A DNA stretch of 64,000 bases, taken from Octopus vulgaris. Taxonomy: Eukaryota. A model generated the notes under the pieces. That model was given only the letters and a program-made list of their open reading frames with translations. It made no database searches and was not told the origin of the DNA. The DNA lies in contig OX597814.1 of NCBI GenBank assembly GCA_951406725.2, forward strand, positions 136,772,001 to 136,836,000, given 5' to 3'. Below, piece by piece: positions 13,318-23,869 of this stretch (the first letter of the stretch is position 1; each line of letters opens with the position of its first letter). The translations under genes were made by a program, and so were the position numbers.

Positions 13318-16300
13318 AATGTTCGGGGCCTGGCTTCGGCTTGGAAGCAGGGGCACCTCCGCAACGATTTCAGGTCCCCAAATTTAGGTGTGACAGCAAT
13401 TAGTGAGACGAGAATTGCTGGGAAACATGCTCTTGCATCGATTTTTGAAGACTACGAGGTATTCTCGTCTTGTGGTCTGTCGGAAACGGACGGTGGTGTA
13501 GCAATGTTATTCCGAAATTCCTTTGGTCACAAAGTAAGAGCAATTTTCTTGGACCCGGACAGTAGGTTGGTGGTCCTAGATGTGAATGCTGGTGAAGATG
13601 GTACCTTTAGATTGGTGGCCGTGTATGCTCCGACAGGGGCTGAGAGGCCAGATTTCTTCAGGCGTCTAGAAACATTCCTGGGAACGTCTCGCACTTTAGT
13701 ACTAGTGGGGGATTGGAATAGTATTTTGGACGCACGGAATGACTGTGGGTTTTGTACATAGAAGAAGAGGATGCAAAAACCTCGAAAACCTGCTCAGAAA
13801 TTTCCAGCTATCTGACAAGTATCGACTGGATTTCCCTGATGTGCCATTGGAGCAATCACAATGGGTCATCCAGATTGTATCTAGATAGAGTATTTGTTAG
13901 GTCAGCTGATAAGGATAGCATAGGGAGTCCCCTATTCAAATTGGTCGACTACACTGACCACAAATTTGTGATCGTCACAGTCGATTTAGATAGGATGCGT
14001 AGACAGGGACCTCGTTACTGGAAGTGGAATGCGTCCTTTCCGGGGTGCAAAGACTACAGGGACCGGATTAGCGAACTAGTTAAGCGGCAGTTGACGGAGG
14101 CAATCATCACAATCGGTGGTGGATAGCCCTGAAAAGAGTGATTAGAACCGAATAGGTAGAGTTTAGGAAAGAGTTAGCAATAGAAAGAAACAGATTAGAG
14201 GGAGAACTAGTTAGATGATTAGTAAAAGCATCGCGATTGACGTGGGGTTCGGTAGCGGACGTGGGGTTCTGCGAAAAGCCGATAACGGCCACTGAAATAC
14301 GATAGACGATGAGCGATTGCATAAGTCACAAATCACTACGTTTAGATGGTCTGCCCTATGAATTCCATGCCCGATTTGTTTAGCGATTTGTTGGCAAACA
14401 TTTACCGCAACTGGCAACAAAACGGGAGAATTCTTGATGTTATTAGTCTGGGTGTGGTGATACTGCTGAAGAAGGACGCCGACAGTGGGGGCACACTAGG
14501 GAATTTTCGGTCCATAACTCTGCTAAACACAGAGGTGTAAGCGAAAAGATTGGTGATTATCGTTGGTAGTCTAGTAGGGGAAGCTCAAACGTGCGCAATC
14601 CCAAACAGATCTATCCACGACAACCTCCACCTTATGCGATACATCATAGAGAGGGCTGGGACAAAAGCTAGCTTCTACGGGGCCCTGATCAATTTGGATC
14701 AATCGAAAGCATTCGATAGAGTCGATCATTGCTACAGAGAAGCTGTCCTTAAAGCGGCCGGTTTCGGACCCGTTTTCAGAGGCTAGATCGCTGCAATGCA
14801 CAGCGGCACCTGCTCGGTGGTCAAAGTTAATTACCATCTATCGGAACCGTTTAGCATCGCACGTTCGGCCCGTCAGGGCTGCCAGCTGTTATCTCTTCAG
14901 TACGTGCTGGCTCTCAAGCCACTGCTGCGGGACCCTATTGAATTAGAATACGGAAGGGCAGAGTCTGCATGCGCGGATGACGTTACCGTCATGGTGTCGA
15001 GCACCTCCGAAGTGAAGATGGTCGGCTCCATTCTAGAGGAATATGAGTCGGTTGCGGGGAGCAAAATGAATGCCGTAAATTCGGTGGGCTTGCGACTGAG
15101 AATCTGGAGAAGCAGGTCGATGCCGTCATACAGCGTCGTCGGATGCTGGACTGACAGACCAGTTAAACTGGTCGGGGTCTGGTTCGATCCTGATCTCCAG
15201 GTAGATAAGAACTAGGACGAGGTACAAACAGAATGACCAGTCATACCCAGAAATGGGCTGAGAGGAAGCTGTCCTTGAAAAGTCGGGCAGAGGTGGTGAA
15301 TGCCCACAGCGTATTCGTTATCATCTATCGTCTGACCTTCGTGCCTTTCCCCAGTTATTGCTTGATGAATTTGGGGCGTCTTTTGTTCATGTTCTTGTGG
15401 AAGAAACACGTTCCAATGGTTAGTCTGCTGCCAGCTCCCTCTGAGTGGCGGCTTAGGTATGCCGTGACTTTTGATGCGCAGACATTCGCTTAGGTTGCGC
15501 CACCTGCAACGATTTCTTGAAGGTGAACGTGTGTGGGCTCCGTTTCTGAGGCACGTATTTCCGCAACTCGTCTCTAGGACGGAGTTGATGTTCTAGGTGA
15601 AGAATAGACCAAGACTGGGTACCTGGCACCTAGAATATTATCGGGCGCTCACTATTCTCCACCATTCGGGCAATAGGATCGGTGAATGTTCCACTTTAGC
15701 TATTTAAGGAGGATGTTCTAGGTGAAGAATAGACCAAGACTGGGTACCTGGCACCTAGAATATTATCAGGCGCTCACTATTCTCCACCATTCGGGCAATA
15801 GGATCGGTGAAGGTTCCACTTTAGCTATTTAAGGAGGATTAGTGGCGGCAAAGTGTGACGGCGTGCTAGGGGAGACTATGAACGTTGACGAAAACGAACT
15901 GGCTAGTCTCTTCCGGGGAACTTTTCGGTCGGGGACTATTATGGATAATTTCCAGATGTCTTTGGCTTAGCGGTGATACCGAAGAGCACTATCCGGTTCG
16001 AGATAAACCCTACAGACACGGATGTGCTCTGAGACAGGCTTGTACAAGGTGCGCGTCCAGCGACGAAACTGTTGTGCATGCACTCGTTAAGTGTCCGGGC
16101 ATTACTGACTTTTGGAGTTATGTCGAGCAGCTGCTGTCGTGTGTGGGACGGATCCGTCTGTAGTCCGAGTCCATAGTGATAATTGCTCCGCCGCCTTTCT
16201 GTAATCGGGCAGGCAAGGCAGTTTTCCTTTGTCTAGTGGCTGTAGCGAAAGAGGTTATCTGGTGGACGATGCTGAAAGGAATGAGGACAGAGACATTCCT

Positions 16301-16457
16301 CTTTGGTAAAACCCTCATCGACTTTTTCAAGTTTCACTTGAAAAGGAAAGTGAGGTTGAAGAGGGAGCTGCTGTCCTCGAGTGAATTTATGAAAAGGAGG
16401 GTGAAAGTTGCGAAAAGGGCAAGAGTGGATGGTACCACTCTCAGTGTAGACCTGTGA
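13318..16457 (+). pseudogene. APE-RT-CCHC ORF2 pseudogene
   Basis: Broken into ORF-track pieces 13390, 13752, 14346, 14550, 14796, 15233, 15885 and 16176 by stops and frameshifts, with a deletion near 14300. Confidence 0.9.
15587..15836 (+). repeat. 125-bp tandem duplication inside the LINE
   Basis: Units start at GATGTTCTAGG 15587 and 15712 and differ at two positions. Confidence 0.95.
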
Positions 16458-16729
16458 GTTGAAAGAAAGGAGTTGGAGAGGGTTCTCATCCTTGGTATTC
16501 AGGGCGATCTTGGATGGTGGGATTCCTCCCTAAAGGTCCTCCTGCATCAGGGTCAATGCATCACTATCACTTTCACTTTTTTCTTGTGTCGTATACTATG
16601 TATACTTCCCTTCTTCTACTGTGTACCGTGTATACTTTTTTATCATTCCATCATATGTAACCCTCCATACTTTATGTCTGTCTTTGTATTGTCCCCCTCA
16701 TCCTTAATCCTGGTGGCAAATAAAAGGAA

Positions 16730-16743
16730 TCATTATCATTATT

Positions 16744-16808
<65 letters not shown>

Positions 16809-16826
16809 CATCATCACCATCACCAC
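16730..16826. repeat. (CAT)n microsatellite, LINE tail
   Basis: Direct reading; it is the source of the poly-His and poly-Asp pseudo-ORFs. Confidence 0.95.
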
Positions 16827-16828
16827 TA

Positions 16829-17025
16829 AGGCGGCGATCTGGCAGAATCGTTACCACGCTGGTATTTCGCACGTCGCTACGTTCTGAGTTCAAATTCTGC
16901 CGAGGTCAACCTTGCCTTTCAACCTGTTGGGATCGATAAAACAAGTACCAGTTGAGCACTGAGGTCGACGTAATCGACTATTCCCCTCCCCCCAAAATTC
17001 CAGGCCTTGTGCCTATAATAGAAAG

Positions 17026-17089
<64 letters not shown>

Positions 17090-17310
17090 GTTACTCAGGT
17101 GTTGAACTGGCAGAGTTGTTAGCACGCTGGACGAAATGTTTAGCGGTATTTCGCCCGTCGCTACATTCAGAGTTCAAATTCCGCTGAGGTCGACTTTGCC
17201 TTTCATCCTTTCGGGGTCGATAAATAAGTACCAGCGAAACATTTGGATCGACGTAATCGACTGTTCCCCTCCCCTGTAGTTTCAGGCTTTGTGTCTTTAG
17301 TAGAAAAGTT
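16829..17310 (+). mobile_element. Two tandem SINEs of family B (Nin/Deu-like core) separated by (ATT)n
   Basis: GGCGGCGA.CTGGCAGAATCGTTA head, GAGTTCAAAT B box, and core GCCTTTCATCCTTTCGGGGTCGATAAATAAGTACCAG. Confidence 0.88.
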
Positions 17311-18119
17311 TATTGTTATTACCACCATCACTACCTCCGCCGCCGCCACCATCACCATCACCATCATCATTATTTGCGACGCAATTGAAATAAAATAGTC
17401 CGACGAGAAGTATTTATTTACATGTCTGGTGCTTTGGGGAATGATCTGAGAGTCACAACATCTTGTGTTCAATGATCTATTTAATAAAATATAGCATCTC
17501 CAGTTTATTTTTAACAAACCACTGTTATTGTGGCGAGAACCGTGGAATGGAAAGGTTAACGTCCCAGATAAGTAAGAGTGCATTTCCTTCAATTTCCTTG
17601 CTATTACTTTTGGGAAATGTATGAGCGCCCCATCATTTTTATTTCCGACACTATTATAAACATTCACTCAACCCACCAAAACCGCCGCCAACGCTACCAA
17701 TACCACCGCCGCCGTCTACAAAGCTGCAACCTTGTGCCTAGTCACAAAAAGAAATATTCATATTACACTGTTGTAGCCGTAGGAGGATGTGAAGGCGACG
17801 GAGAATGCAGAAGTGCAGTGGTGCAGAAGGTAGATGTGGGGAGAAGCAGGGTAGAAGTGGTAGAAACAGGGTAGAGACTAGCTGGTTAGCAAGCTGGCTG
17901 GTCGGCCTCTTGGTTTGTTGGTTGGTTGGTTGGCTGGCTGGCTGGCTCACTCGCTCGCTGGCTGGCTGGCTGGCTGGCCGGCCGGCTGCATGACTGGCTG
18001 CTTGGTGGAGTAGGTGCAAGTGGAGGTGCAGGTCGGTAGTTTTGCGGCGGCAAGCAAAGCAACAGCAGTAGAAACTAGGTTACGACGACCGAGAGCAGAG
18101 TGACCTTGCCTTATCGCGA

Positions 18120-18134
18120 GGACATGAGAGGAGC

Positions 18135-18165
<31 letters not shown>

Positions 18166-18211
18166 CAGAGAGAGAGAAAGAGACAGAGAGGAAAAGAGAG
18201 ACAGAGACAGA

Positions 18212-18253
<42 letters not shown>

Positions 18254-19429
18254 CAGACAGTCTGACAGAAGCAGACCGGCAGCAGTCGGTGGTGGCGTTG
18301 ATAGCGAGAGGGGAGTTTACTGCTGCTGCTGCTGCTGCTGTTGTTGTTGCGGCGCCTCTGTCAGTTAGAGTGACGGAGTGAGTGAGTGAAGGAGTGTTGT
18401 CGGTAGAGAGTTGGGGAGGAAGGAAAATTAAATTTTGTAAAATAAAAAAAGAGAAAGACGAAACAGAAAGAAGATAAGCAACACAGACGGCTTGAGGAAC
18501 GAGTTGGTGAGGTTGTGGGGGGAGACGTATTAAGTAAGAGCAAATAGAAGGATAAGGAGTAAGAATGAAGTCACTGGAATGTCTGTCTGTGAAGTGTCGG
18601 CAGAGGAAGAGCGGGAGGAGAACGAGGAGCAGGAGGTAGGGGAGGAGGGAAAGAAGGACGGAAGTGGTGGGAGTAGGTGTATAAGAAGTAAGAGAGAGAA
18701 AAATGCTGAAGAGAAGGAAAAGAGGAAGTAGGAGGAGCAAACGTAAAGACTGACTTGAACTACAGAGATGGAAGGGGAGACAATGTAGAAAAATACAAGA
18801 GAAAGAGATGTGGAGACAGAGTGAGAGAAAATATAAGAGAATGGTTTTCTGAAAGAGCGTTGGAGATAGAGATATAGAGAGAGGATAGAGTGAGAAAATT
18901 AGAGTGATAGAAATTATAAGAGGGCACAGAGAGGGTGAAAGAAAAGTGAGTGATAGAGTGAAGAGTTGTAGAATTTTGATGAAAAGTAAAATATATGACG
19001 GAGAAATTAAAAATTAGACTGAGTGAGTAATGTGTTAAGAGAAAGGATGAAAAAATAACGAAAGAGTGAAAGAATGAAGGGAAGAAAAGGAAATAAGAGG
19101 AAATGTAAGAAAGAAAAGAGAAGAAAGAAGGAAAAAAGGAAAGAAAGTAAAAGGGAAGAAAGAAGGAAAGGGAAATGAAGGCAAGAGAGAAAAAGAAATA
19201 GAAAAGGAAAGAACAAAAGATAGAAAGGAATAGAAACGGAAAGAACGAAAGAAGGGAAGAGAGAGAAAGAATGAAAAGAAGGAAAAGAGAATGTGTAAAA
19301 GAATATCTACGAATGACAGAGATTAAAGAGAAAGAGAAGGCCGTACGAAAAGAAAGTTATGGCAAAATTGGCGAATAAAAGTGAATGAAAGAAAAATAAG
19401 AGGAAAAGAAACAATGTGAAAGTGCATGA

Positions 19430-19470
<41 letters not shown>

Positions 19471-20430
19471 TGTGTGCGCGTGTGTGTGTGTGTGTGTGTT
19501 GCGCGTACTTGTGTTTGCTGTGTGTGCTTGTGTCTGTGTATGTTTGTGTATGCGTGTAATAGAGGAAGAAAGAGTGAAGATAAAGAAAGAGAAATATATA
19601 GACAAAAAGAGACGGAAGAGAGAAAAAGAAGCAGTTAATATAAGAGAAAAGAGAGGGAGAGAAGCGTGAGATTGCAATAAACGGAAAGAAAGCAATGGTA
19701 GAGGGAAACAGAAAGAGGTAGAGAGATATACAGAAAGAGATAGAGAGACAGACAGTGTGTGCAGCCAGACAAAAAAAAAGAAGAGGAGAGAGAGAGAGAG
19801 AGCATGAGAGAGAAAGTGCGCAGACGACAGACGAATAAAGGCGGGAGTGAGGGGAGAGGGAGAGAGAGGAAATGAGACTGAGAGCGAGGGGGAAGAGATG
19901 AGAGAGAGCGTTCGTAAATAACAGACGAAAAAAGGCGAACAGAGTGAGAGAGTGACAATGAGAGTGAAAGAGATTGAAACCGTGCGCAGACGAATAAAGA
20001 CGAAGAGAGGGAGAGAAAGCACAGACGGAAGACGAATAAAGACGAAGACAGAGAGAGACTGAGAGCGTGCGCAGACGGCAGACGAATAAAGGCGAAAACA
20101 GAGAGAGATAGAGAGAGATATGGAGAGGGAAAGAGAGAGAGAGAGAGAGAAAGAGAGAAAGAGCAGGGACGGAGGTTGGAATAGAAACAAATATATTTGA
20201 ACAGGAAGTGTTAGAGAGAGGGAGACGGAAAGAAGGCTAAAAAGGGGGGAAAGAAAGAGGGAAGTAAAAAGAATTGGAGAAAGTAAAATAAACATTGAAG
20301 GAAATGAAAATAAGAGTCAAAATTAAGAGAGAGAGGGGGGAGAGGGGGGAAAGAGAGAGAGAGAGAGAAAATATAGTGGAATGTGAAGCGCATGGAAAAA
20401 GAGGAGAGAAAAGAAATGGGAAAGATGCAT
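18120..20430 (+). repeat. Purine-skewed (GA-rich) low-complexity tract with embedded (TG)n
   Basis: About 2.3 kb of mostly A/G on the plus strand; source of the L/S/F-rich pseudo-ORFs. Confidence 0.9.
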
Positions 20431-21378
20431 ACATACACTTATATACATAGAAGCACAAATATATACATGTCGGCATATACACACACATACAAAAGCACAT
20501 GCACACACTGACAAATATACCTGCACACAAATATTCATTCATTTCATTCATATATTTACTCACACACACACGCATATCGTTACATAGATACACTGATTTA
20601 CACACGCGCTCATATATACACACACATACACATATATATATATACACGCATGCACACATACACACATGTCTCTGTGTCCACTTTGACACGTTAAAAACAA
20701 TATTTTCTGAATGAGGGAAAGAGCACTTTAAAAAAATAACCGAATCGAGATGGCTGAGAGTTGATTGGTTGACAAACAGAAAAGTCAGGTCGACTGTATC
20801 TATGAGCGAAGAAGTTACAGAAGAGAACCGCTTGGTTATTAATACAAACGGTTGGTGTTGATGGAAGGCAGGTTGCGGAAAATGATGAATAGTTACCTTA
20901 ATTGCTTATAAGACAAAAAAAAAAGAAGAAAGAAAGAAAAAATTTATTATTAACGCTGTCACATTTCCCTTAAACTGAGTTTTTTCGAAATTGCCGCATA
21001 CCTGGATATAACACCTGTTAATTAATATTCAGGTTTCGTTTTTATTTAATATTTAGGTGGTGTTGGTGTGTTTGTGCGTGAGTATGTGTGGAGGTAAGAT
21101 GTAATAATATATATATATATAAAAAAAAAAACTACTGTAATATTCTGGTTAGTTGTGTCAATAACTTTGAACACTTGTCCAATTAACGTGTCGCAACATC
21201 CTTACAGAATAGTTAACACGGGAAATAAAATACATAGCTGTATTTCCTTCCGGCGCTTTACATTTCGAGTTCAAATTCCGCCGAGGTCGACTTTCCTTCT
21301 TCATCCATATGGAGTAGACAAAATAAGTACCAGTTGAGCGCTGTGGGTCGATCCCATCGACTGGCCCACTCCCCAAGA

Positions 21379-21425
<47 letters not shown>

Positions 21426-21850
21426 TGCATTTGCAAATGAAAGACATCGTTTTGGAGCTTGTAAGGTGTTTTTGAATTTTATTGTTTTGAAAAAAAAATT
21501 CCGGCTTTTGTTGTACCATTTTGTTATTAAGACAGAGTGAAAGAACGAAGACAGAGCTAAGGAACTAGTTGACGTTATTCTTTTATTCTTTTATTCTTTT
21601 ATTCTTGTACTTGCTTCAATCATTTCACTGCGGCCATGCTGGAGCACCACCTTTAGTCGAACAAATCGACTCCAGGACTTATTCTTTATAAGCCTAGTAC
21701 TTATTCTATTAGTCCCTTTTACCAAACCGCTAAGTTATGCAGACGTAAACACACCAACATCTGTTGTCAAGCGATAGTGGGGGAACAAACACAGACACAC
21801 AATGAATACACACACACACATACACACACACACACGCGCGCGCACACACA

Positions 21851-23125
21851 TTAGGTCGTCAAGTATGAAATTTGTAGAAAAGAAAAAAGTGTACTAATAT
21901 TTTATAAATACAAGGAATAGTTTTATTCATCAAAGTATGCACCTATATTGTCAATACTCTTTTGCCATTTCAGCGGTAGCTTGTCCTGCGCAGAACTGTA
22001 AAAGCTTGGCAATCTAGTGTCAATAAAATCTTAGAAGCCCTGTTTCACAGCATCGTCGGGATTAAATTTTTTCCTCCCAAAAAGTTATCCGAATTCTGGA
22101 AGAAGTGGTAGCCAGTGGGTACAAGATCAGGTGAGTATGGTGGGTGATGGAGAGCTTCCAACTTCAATTCCTGTATTTTCGCCAATGTCATTTTTGCGAG
22201 CTGTGGTCTGGCATTGTCTTGCAATAAAAATAGGAGTGGATTTGTTGCCTAATCCAGTCTAAGTTTTTTTTGTTTTTTTTGTGAGTTTCTGCATAATTTG
22301 GTCCAGCTGGCTGCAGTATACTTCGGCCGTGATTGATGATCATAATGGATCACACCTGCGCCAGTGCACCAAATACACACCATCAGCTTCTTTTGATGAA
22401 TTTTGCTTTTTGGACTGTGTTTTGGAGGTTCGTCTTTGTCCAACCATTGAGCCGAACGTTTACGGTTGTTGTATTCGATCCATTTTTCATCATATGTTAC
22501 AATTCGATTAAAAAATGATTGATTTTTGTGACGAGAAAGTAGCATAATGCAGGCTTCCAAACGTTGCTGTTTCTGATTTTCATTGAGTTCATGTGGAATC
22601 CACTCATTCAACTTTTTCACTTTACCGATTTGAACTAGGTAAATCAATATTTTTGCTTGCTAACACCAACCAACAATGATAATTCACGGGCCCTTTGGGA
22701 TGGATCTGACACGACGTTAGCTTTCAGTTCGTCATTATCCACCTTTGTTTCTGGTCGACCGCGTTGCTCATTTGTGAGATGAAAGTTACCAGAACGAAAT
22801 TTTACAAACCAATTTGATACTGTCTGTGTAATAACATTAGAAGGAAATACTCCATTACTATTCCGAGCTGTTTCTGATGCTGCATTTCCAAGAAAGAACA
22901 CATATTTCAAAACTGTACGAATTTCCGACTTATCCATCTCTAAACAAAAATAGCAAAAAACGATTTATAAATACTTTATAAAGCGCAAAATGAGTTAGAA
23001 TAAAGAAACAGATGTCAGCTTTCTAACAAAAAATACAGATTGTCAAAATATAATAATGGCGCAAAATGAGAAGCTGTCAAACTTTACCATATACCTTACT
23101 ACAAATTTCAGACTTGACGACCTAA
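21851..23125 (-). mobile_element. Full-length mariner transposon (1275 bp), Hsmar1/cecropia-like
   Basis: 27-bp TIRs TTAGGTCGTCAAGT(A/C)TGAAATTTGTAG; TA on the right flank and CA on the left. Confidence 0.95.
21923..22937 (-). pseudogene. Mariner transposase pseudogene
   Basis: MDKSEIR start, WIPHEL, TYDEKW, LQDNARP, HPPYSPDLVPTGYHF (third catalytic D now G) and GAYFDE* end, with frameshifts. Confidence 0.93.
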
Positions 23126-23184
23126 TATACATACAAACATACATACATACATACATATATATATATATAAAAGTAAAAAAATAC

Positions 23185-23288
23185 ACAAACTGGGACAAGA
23201 ACGTGAAACATTTTGAAGACGACACAAAAAACACGGACGGGACTTTCGAAGCTCTCAGTCATCAGTCAAGAACCGGATCATCTTCGCA

Positions 23289-23293
<5 letters not shown>
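23185..23293 (-). repeat. PLE-like tail fragment related to 205-455
   Basis: The minus strand has CTGATGA...GAAA...GTC in order; flanked by (TA)n. Confidence 0.5.
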
Positions 23294-23363
<70 letters not shown>

Positions 23364-23514
23364 GCATACATATACATACATATATAATTGACATACGTAT
23401 ATATATACATCCATATATACATCTACATATACATGTATATATGTGTATATATGTGTTTGTGTGTGTGCGTGTGTGTGTGTATTTGGTAGACGTAAACTGA
23501 AAGAAGCCCGTTGA

Positions 23515-23573
<59 letters not shown>

Positions 23574-23617
23574 CGGGCAGTAATACTGGCAAAAACTGCA
23601 TTATGCTTATGAAAGGG

Positions 23618-23844
23618 AAGGCGGCGAGCTAGCAGAGTCGTTAGCACGTCGGGCAAAAATGCTTAGCGGCATTTCCTCTATCTTTACGTTCTGAGTTCAA
23701 ATTCCGCCGAGGTCGGCATTGCCTTTTATCCTTTCGGGGTCGATAAATTAAATACCAGTGATGCACTAGGATCGGTGTATTCCTTTGGGGAAGGGGACTT
23801 ATCTCATCCCCCAAATTTCAAGCCTTATGCCTATAGTAGAAAGT
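23618..23844 (+). mobile_element. SINE family B with an 18-bp target-site duplication
   Basis: ATTATGCTTATGAAAGGG at 23600-23617 and 23845-23862. Confidence 0.92.
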
Positions 23845-23869
23845 ATTATGCTTATGAAAGGGCAGGTTA

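Larger units (their letters stand above)
13310..16730 (+). mobile_element. L1/Tx1-like LINE, decayed ORF2 and 3' UTR
   Basis: APE motifs NVRGL, ISETR, VYAP, GDWN, LDR and TDH; RT motifs FRSITLLN, LDQSKAFDRVDH, RQGC and CADD; C-terminal CTRC...H...C finger; AATAAA at 16719 followed by (CAT)n. Confidence 0.92.

Noticed and set aside
17423-17436. 14-bp match to 60000-60013 as proof of a shared regulatory element
   Set aside because: About one such match is expected by chance among the unique sequence in a window this size.
18111-20295. 209-aa and 312-aa hydrophobic ORFs resembling membrane proteins
   Set aside because: They are the reverse strand of the GA-rich tract and show no domain signal.
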